DNA from: Atopostipes sp.
Lineage (GTDB): Bacteria; Bacillota; Bacilli; Lactobacillales; Carnobacteriaceae_A
Assembly: GCA_036752205.1 (NCBI GenBank)
Contig: DAIOTD010000004.1
Location: 1-32,621 of the forward strand
DNA: 32,621 nucleotides
Reading direction: 5' to 3'
Shown: positions 28,071 to 32,621 of the stretch, in pieces
Layout: each line of letters begins with the position of its first letter
Numbering within the stretch: position 1 is the stretch's first letter
The notes under the pieces: model-generated
Seen by the model: only the letters and a program-made list of their open reading frames with translations
Databases searched by the model: none
Told to the model about the DNA's origin: nothing
Made by a program: the position numbers and the translations under genes

Positions 28071-29094
28071 GTTTAATCTCCTCCGTTTCTACTCGTAGTC
28101 GATTAAATTCTGTAACGGCATCTTCAATGTCCTCTTTATCACCTAGGAGTTGCACATACAAAGATCCAATGAGTGTTTCTTGGGTCGTTTGAATATTTCC
28201 TTGAATGATATTAATGTCTACATTATATTCTCGAGTCACTTTAGAAATAATTGGGGCTTGTGCTCCTCCACCATGAAATTTCAAATGGTAGATTGGACCA
28301 TTTGGAAACTGATCAATCAGCTGATTTAAAATATCATCTGTTATTTCATTTTCCGGGTCTGTATCTTGACGAATAAATCTTTTAGTAATTGCCTGCTTTG
28401 GATGCTTAAAGACATCCACTACATTTCCTTCTTCTACAATGTGTGCTGCTTCCATAACGGCTACACGATTACAGATTTTACGAATGACGTTCATTTCATG
28501 CGTAATCACAACGATTGTTAAATTCAATCGGCGATTGATATCAACTAATAAGTCGAGCACATTATCTGTTGTTTGTGGGTCTAAAGAACTTGTCGCTTCA
28601 TCACATAATAGAACTTTCGGATCATTCGCTAGAGCTCTTGCAATTCCAACTCGTTGTTTTTGCCCTCCAGATAATTCGGAAGGGTACGCGTCTTCACGTC
28701 CTTTTAAGCCGACTAAATCAATTAATTCTTCTGCTCGTATGGATTGCTCAGCTTTGGGAATCCCAGCAATTTCTAAAGGGAATAGAATGTTTTCTTTCAC
28801 TGTACGGCTCCAAAGTAAATTAAAGTGCTGAAAAATCATACCTATTTTTTGTCTACGATCTCTTAAATCTTTTTTTGATAATTCATTTAAATTTTCTCCG
28901 TTAATAAACACTTCTCCATGTGTTGGTTGTTCTAATCCATTTAACATGCGAACCAATGTACTCTTTCCTGCTCCTGAGTAACCAATGATGCCGTAAATTT
29001 CTCCTTCTTGGATATTTAAGGAAACATCTTCAATTGCTGTAATACTTGCTTTATTACTTTTAAATATTTTATTAATCCCTTTTAAGGTTATCAT
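28063..29094 (-). CDS. metN: Methionine ABC transporter ATP-binding protein
   Basis: GYSGAGKST, IFQHFNLL, LSGGQKQRV, LCDEATSSLDP, ITHEM and a C-terminal NIL domain. Confidence 0.96.
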   Translation of the reverse strand: MITLKGINKIFKSNKASITAIEDVSLNIQEGEIYGIIGYSGAGKSTLVRMLNGLEQPTHGEVFINGENLNELSKKDLRDRRQKIGMIFQHFNLLWSRTVKENILFPLEIAGIPKAEQSIRAEELIDLVGLKGREDAYPSELSGGQKQRVGIARALANDPKVLLCDEATSSLDPQTTDNVLDLLVDINRRLNLTIVVITHEMNVIRKICNRVAVMEAAHIVEEGNVVDVFKHPKQAITKRFIRQDTDPENEITDDILNQLIDQFPNGPIYHLKFHGGGAQAPIISKVTREYNVDINIIQGNIQTTQETLIGSLYVQLLGDKEDIEDAVTEFNRLRVETEEIKHV

Positions 29095-29121
29095 TTAAAC
29101 TCTTCTCCTTTTGGATAAAAT

Positions 29122-29400
29122 AAAAAAAGCTTCCATCCCTTTGTATTCTCTACAAAGGGACGAAAGCTTCGTGTTACCACCCTATATTTATATAAATCTC
29201 GCGATTTATACCTCATCAAGTACGCCGAACGATGGTTCATAAATACTCTGGCACTGTAACGTGTGCTGACGTGTATGTTTAAATATTCGACATACATAGA
29301 ATATGAGACCATATTCGGCCAACTACTTCTCTGCTCTCTCTCACCTAATAAGAGCTCTCTGTATGAGTTATCGTGGGCCTACTCTTCTCTACCGTTTTCT
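29122..29400 (-). ncRNA. T-box riboswitch leader, methionine (AUG) specifier
   Basis: Stem I with AGUA...ACAGAGAGC...GGUGAGA...GAA and specifier AUG at 29312-29310; CGUUA box; T-box AGGGUGGUAACACG (29183-29170) forming an antiterminator with CGUCCCU; alternative terminator AAGCTTTCGTCCCTTTGTA/TACAAAGGGATGGAAGCTT plus T tract; upstream of metNIQ. Confidence 0.93.
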
Positions 29401-29421
29401 GTTCATTAAATTATGCTCATA

Positions 29422-29450
29422 ATACTATCACTCTATTTTTATAAAAGCAA
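29422..29450 (-). promoter_or_regulatory. Promoter of the T-box/met operon
   Basis: TTGCTT (29450-29445) - 17 bp - TAGTAT (29427-29422) with TGn extension. Confidence 0.6.
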
Positions 29451-29478
29451 GTAATTACGGAATATTCTTTTTTTTATT

Positions 29479-29509
29479 AAAATAACGGGACCAAGAATGG
29501 CCCCGCTAT
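29479..29509 (-). terminator. Intrinsic terminator after malA
   Basis: Minus strand ATAGCGGGGCCA-TTCT-TGGTCCCGTTAT-TTT. Confidence 0.75.
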
Positions 29510-29517
29510 GTTATTTT

Positions 29518-30357
29518 TTATGTTAAATTACTTAATCTTTGATCATTAAATTGAACCTTATACCAAATCCAAAATAGATAAGCGGCCATTCCAAGTGATT
29601 GAATTGTCACCATAATATAGAGCTCAAAATAGAATAATCCAAACAGCATAGCAAGAAATGTTGGTACAGCCAACGAGTTTAAGATTAAATTAACTGACTC
29701 TTTGTATGTCTTAATCGTCGTAAGCGATCCTTTTTTGGTTAGATACAGTAAGAATGATGATCCAAAGACCAAAAACAACAACATAAAGAGCAAGAACGTA
29801 CTAATTAAGAAAGAGAAGATTAATACAATTAGAACGCGATTCTGATTAAACCACTGACGACTAATTTCCTCTACTATCTCTTCTTTCGTCTCCATTTCAC
29901 CAAAAGAAACATCCCGTGTATAAAGAACAGTTGCTGTTGGTAAGCCCTCTTCGGCTATAATCAACTGATTCTCCTGAAATGCGATAAAGTTTGGAGACGA
30001 TATGTGATTCTCTATCTCGTCTAATGACAAACCTCCAACTACTTCACCGTATGCATTTTCAACCTGAAATGGTTCCGGGATAGATAATTGACCTTCATTC
30101 ACTACGACCGTTTGGATTTCATCCAAAACTTGGTCATCAACTAATTGACTAGCTGCTATCGGGTAATACTCCTCTAAAGGGAATGATTCCATTTCAGCAT
30201 AGTTTAAGGTCACTGGGATAACCATTAGTGCGTTTAAAAAGATGATGACTACGATCATCATCGGCCATGTTAAAACAAACCGATTTTTAAAAGCTTTTAA
30301 TGGAGACCAGATATTTTTTACATAATTTAATGGGAATACATCAGTTTTCAACTTCAT
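29518..30357 (-). CDS. malA: Maltodextrin utilization protein MalA (DUF1189 family)
   Basis: FPLNY...P.KAF.NR..LTW N-terminus, one TM, an extracytoplasmic loop and C-terminal TMs with TYKESVNLILN; follows the maltodextrin permeases as in streptococci and enterococci. Confidence 0.8.
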   Translation of the reverse strand: MKLKTDVFPLNYVKNIWSPLKAFKNRFVLTWPMMIVVIIFLNALMVIPVTLNYAEMESFPLEEYYPIAASQLVDDQVLDEIQTVVVNEGQLSIPEPFQVENAYGEVVGGLSLDEIENHISSPNFIAFQENQLIIAEEGLPTATVLYTRDVSFGEMETKEEIVEEISRQWFNQNRVLIVLIFSFLISTFLLFMLLFLVFGSSFLLYLTKKGSLTTIKTYKESVNLILNSLAVPTFLAMLFGLFYFELYIMVTIQSLGMAAYLFWIWYKVQFNDQRLSNLT

Positions 30358-30391
30358 CGTCCTATTCTACTCATCATCTACAGTTTTAAAT

Positions 30392-31249
30392 TTAACCTTT
30401 CGTACCACCAGCAGTTAATCCAGATACAAAGTGCTTCTGTAAGAAGAAGAACATAATGGATATTGGTAAAGCAATTAAAATTGCTCCTGCCGCGAACAGT
30501 GTCACACGTTGCTCACGTGGATTGTTAATGAACTGTTGTAACCCAATCGCTACAGTATAGTTCGCTGGAGTTCTTAAAATAAAGCGGGCAAGCATAAACT
30601 CACCAAATGGTGTCATAAACGCCCATAATGCTTGTACAGCGATCATTGGTCTTACTAAAGGTAAGACAATCTGCCAGAAAGTACGTAGGTGTCCTGCACC
30701 ATCTAAACGTGCAGACTCATCTAAGTCAATTGGAACAGTATCGAAGTAACCTTTCATCAACCAAGTATTCATCGGTATAGACCCACCAACATAAATAAAG
30801 ATTAGGAATGCGTGCGTATCTAATCCCCCTACTAATAAAGCCATAATATAGAAGGCTGTTAATGCGGCAGTAGTTGGAACCATTTGAACAACAATAAAGA
30901 ACTTCATTGTTGATTTTCTACCAATGAAACGGTAACGGCTATAGGCATATCCAGCTAATGTGATAATACTTACTTGAATGGCCATTGCTGTAACAGCGAC
31001 TTTAAGGGTATTCAAATACCAAGTGCCATATAACGTTTCACTGAATAATCGTCTAAAGTTATTTAGTGTAAACTCACCTTGAAAGTTTAAGTCAAACGCC
31101 ATTAAGTTACCCGCTCTAAACGCAGATGTAACGGTAATTAAAAGTGGATAAATAATAATCACACTCAAAATGACCAAATAGGCGTATGTGAAAAACTTAG
31201 GCCAAAAATTCTTTATAGGTTTTTTCTTTTTGTTTTGTGACATTCTCAT
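30392..31249 (-). CDS. malG: Maltose/maltodextrin ABC transporter permease (MalG/MalD type)
   Basis: [44 protein letters not shown] and [21 protein letters not shown] overlap with the upstream permease. Confidence 0.88.
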   Translation of the reverse strand: MRMSQNKKKKPIKNFWPKFFTYAYLVILSVIIIYPLLITVTSAFRAGNLMAFDLNFQGEFTLNNFRRLFSETLYGTWYLNTLKVAVTAMAIQVSIITLAGYAYSRYRFIGRKSTMKFFIVVQMVPTTAALTAFYIMALLVGGLDTHAFLIFIYVGGSIPMNTWLMKGYFDTVPIDLDESARLDGAGHLRTFWQIVLPLVRPMIAVQALWAFMTPFGEFMLARFILRTPANYTVAIGLQQFINNPREQRVTLFAAGAILIALPISIMFFFLQKHFVSGLTAGGTKG

Positions 31250-32616
31250 CAATCCTCCATTTCAAATGCACTCGAGCGTTTAAAGATGATTAATGAAATT
31301 ACAATAACAAATGCAGATATAATCAGTGTTATTGCCGCCGAGATATTGTATTGAGGTGATCCACCGGTTGTTAATTTATAAACCCAAGATATTAGAATAT
31401 CTGTTGAACCGGCACCATTACCAACACTTCCTGGCCCACCATCATTAAATAGGTAGATCATAGAGAAGTTGTTAAAGTTTCCTGTATATTGCGTAATAAA
31501 GATTGGTGCTGCTACGGATAATATATGCGGAAATGTAATGTAATTAAACTTCTGTATAGTTGTCGCACCATCAATAGCTGATGCTTCGTACCATTCAGAT
31601 GGAATAGATTGTAAGATTGATGTCGTTAAAACATAGATATATGGGAATCCTAACCAACCTTGAACGCCAATCAGCGCAACTTTCGTCCAAAACGGATCGA
31701 TTTTCCAAGCAATAGATGGAATATCGAAGAATGGTATTAAATTATTTATAAAGGGTATAACTTGTGTGTTAATAGCCCCCGCACTCGGGTTAAACATATT
31801 GGAGAATGTTAAAATTGTGATAAACGCGGGTACAGCCCACGGTAAAAGTAAGATCACTCCAAAGAATCTTTTACCTCTAATAAACGGTTGGTTCATAATC
31901 ATTGCTGTAAGTACACCTAAACTGATTTGTGCTGTTGTTGCGCCCAGTGTCCAAATGACGGTCCATGTAAGAACAGACATAAAGGTTTCACGGTATGTAC
32001 TTAAAACAAAAATACTTCTAAATGTTTCTAAACCAGTCCACTGAATCAGTGACGATGGTGGAATATTATTGAAGTCATAGTTGGTAAACATAATTAAAAT
32101 CGTAACAAATACCGGAAAAATAATAGCAAATAACATAATGACATATGCCGGAATTGTTAAAAGATACGGAAATCCATTCTCATATACGTTCACGAGAACA
32201 TCCTTCACCGAACGATTAACTTTATCCGGAGATATCGCATTAATTTTCGCAACTCTATCGGCATCATATATTTGTATCACATAGAAAAATGCAAATACTA
32301 CCATTATTAGTATCTGTAGAACACCCTCAATCATTAAGAACAGCGAGTGATCATTTTCTGGTCCACGTCCTGGATTTGTACCTAATGTAATTAGTCCTTC
32401 AATGGCATCCATACCCCATGTCGCGAAGTGAAAAACGAACACCACAAAAATAGCTAAAAATACTATTCCTTTAAAAATTTGTTTGTTATAAAACTGTCCT
32501 CCACCTGGAATTATCGAAGCGAGTTTCGCATTTCTTATATTCTTACGATCCTCTACAGTATAATCGTCTTTCTTTTTTGTAGCTGCAGTACTTTCCACTG
32601 CAATCAACTCCTTCAT
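31249..32616 (-). CDS. malF: Maltose/maltodextrin ABC transporter permease (MalF/MalC type)
   Basis: [56 protein letters not shown] and [10 protein letters not shown]. Substrate inferred from malA context; galactan/cyclodextrin permeases are close relatives. Confidence 0.85.
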   Translation of the reverse strand: MKELIAVESTAATKKKDDYTVEDRKNIRNAKLASIIPGGGQFYNKQIFKGIVFLAIFVVFVFHFATWGMDAIEGLITLGTNPGRGPENDHSLFLMIEGVLQILIMVVFAFFYVIQIYDADRVAKINAISPDKVNRSVKDVLVNVYENGFPYLLTIPAYVIMLFAIIFPVFVTILIMFTNYDFNNIPPSSLIQWTGLETFRSIFVLSTYRETFMSVLTWTVIWTLGATTAQISLGVLTAMIMNQPFIRGKRFFGVILLLPWAVPAFITILTFSNMFNPSAGAINTQVIPFINNLIPFFDIPSIAWKIDPFWTKVALIGVQGWLGFPYIYVLTTSILQSIPSEWYEASAIDGATTIQKFNYITFPHILSVAAPIFITQYTGNFNNFSMIYLFNDGGPGSVGNGAGSTDILISWVYKLTTGGSPQYNISAAITLIISAFVIVISLIIFKRSSAFEMED

Positions 32617-32621
32617 TATAA

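Noticed and set aside
29091..29312. 73-aa ORF that starts exactly at the T-box specifier AUG and ends in an ATGA overlap with metN
   Set aside because: No RBS, and it runs through the T-box and terminator, which fully explain the sequence; most likely coincidental rather than a leader peptide.
4628..32284. Numerous short antisense or alternate-frame ORFs in the track (e.g. 4628, 5322, 7012, 7506, 8388, 8808, 9825, 13465, 14826, 24137, 25699, 26523, 28439, 31766)
   Set aside because: They lie within well-supported genes, lack convincing RBSs and read as shadow frames.
1..32621. Mobile elements, prophage, CRISPR arrays, defence systems, tRNA/rRNA
   Set aside because: No transposase, integrase, cas or phage genes, no regularly spaced repeats and no tRNA/rRNA signatures were seen.

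Overview
Low-GC Firmicute chromosomal segment; gene content suggests Lactobacillales, possibly Carnobacteriaceae/Aerococcaceae-like (inference only). No mobile elements, CRISPR, tRNA or rRNA were seen. Left to right: glycogen operon glgB-glgC-glgD-glgA (minus, glgA runs off the left edge); nfeD-floA-yqfB-like operon and a GlsB-family membrane protein (plus); a co-oriented minus block of HSL esterase, HxxxDG acyltransferase, Zn-ribbon membrane protein, phasin-like protein and ABC1/UbiB kinase; spx; pyruvate carboxylase; an NAD-dependent epimerase; a YdaT/DUF2188 protein with a small diverged paralog; a three-gene C30-carotenoid tailoring operon (aldH - ICMT-family methyltransferase - crtP); a TM-helix-repeat membrane protein; an unassigned structured ~170-nt RNA with its own promoter and terminator; a Met T-box-controlled metN-metI-metQ-metQ operon; and maltodextrin ABC permeases plus malA. 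Best candidates for new biology: (1) the ICMT-like methyltransferase between AldH and CrtP, a plausible carotenoid-acid carboxyl methyltransferase; (2) the structured RNA at ~25189-25361 with a possible terminator/antiterminator switch; (3) the esterase/acyltransferase/phasin/ABC1 block as a possible neutral-lipid inclusion module.
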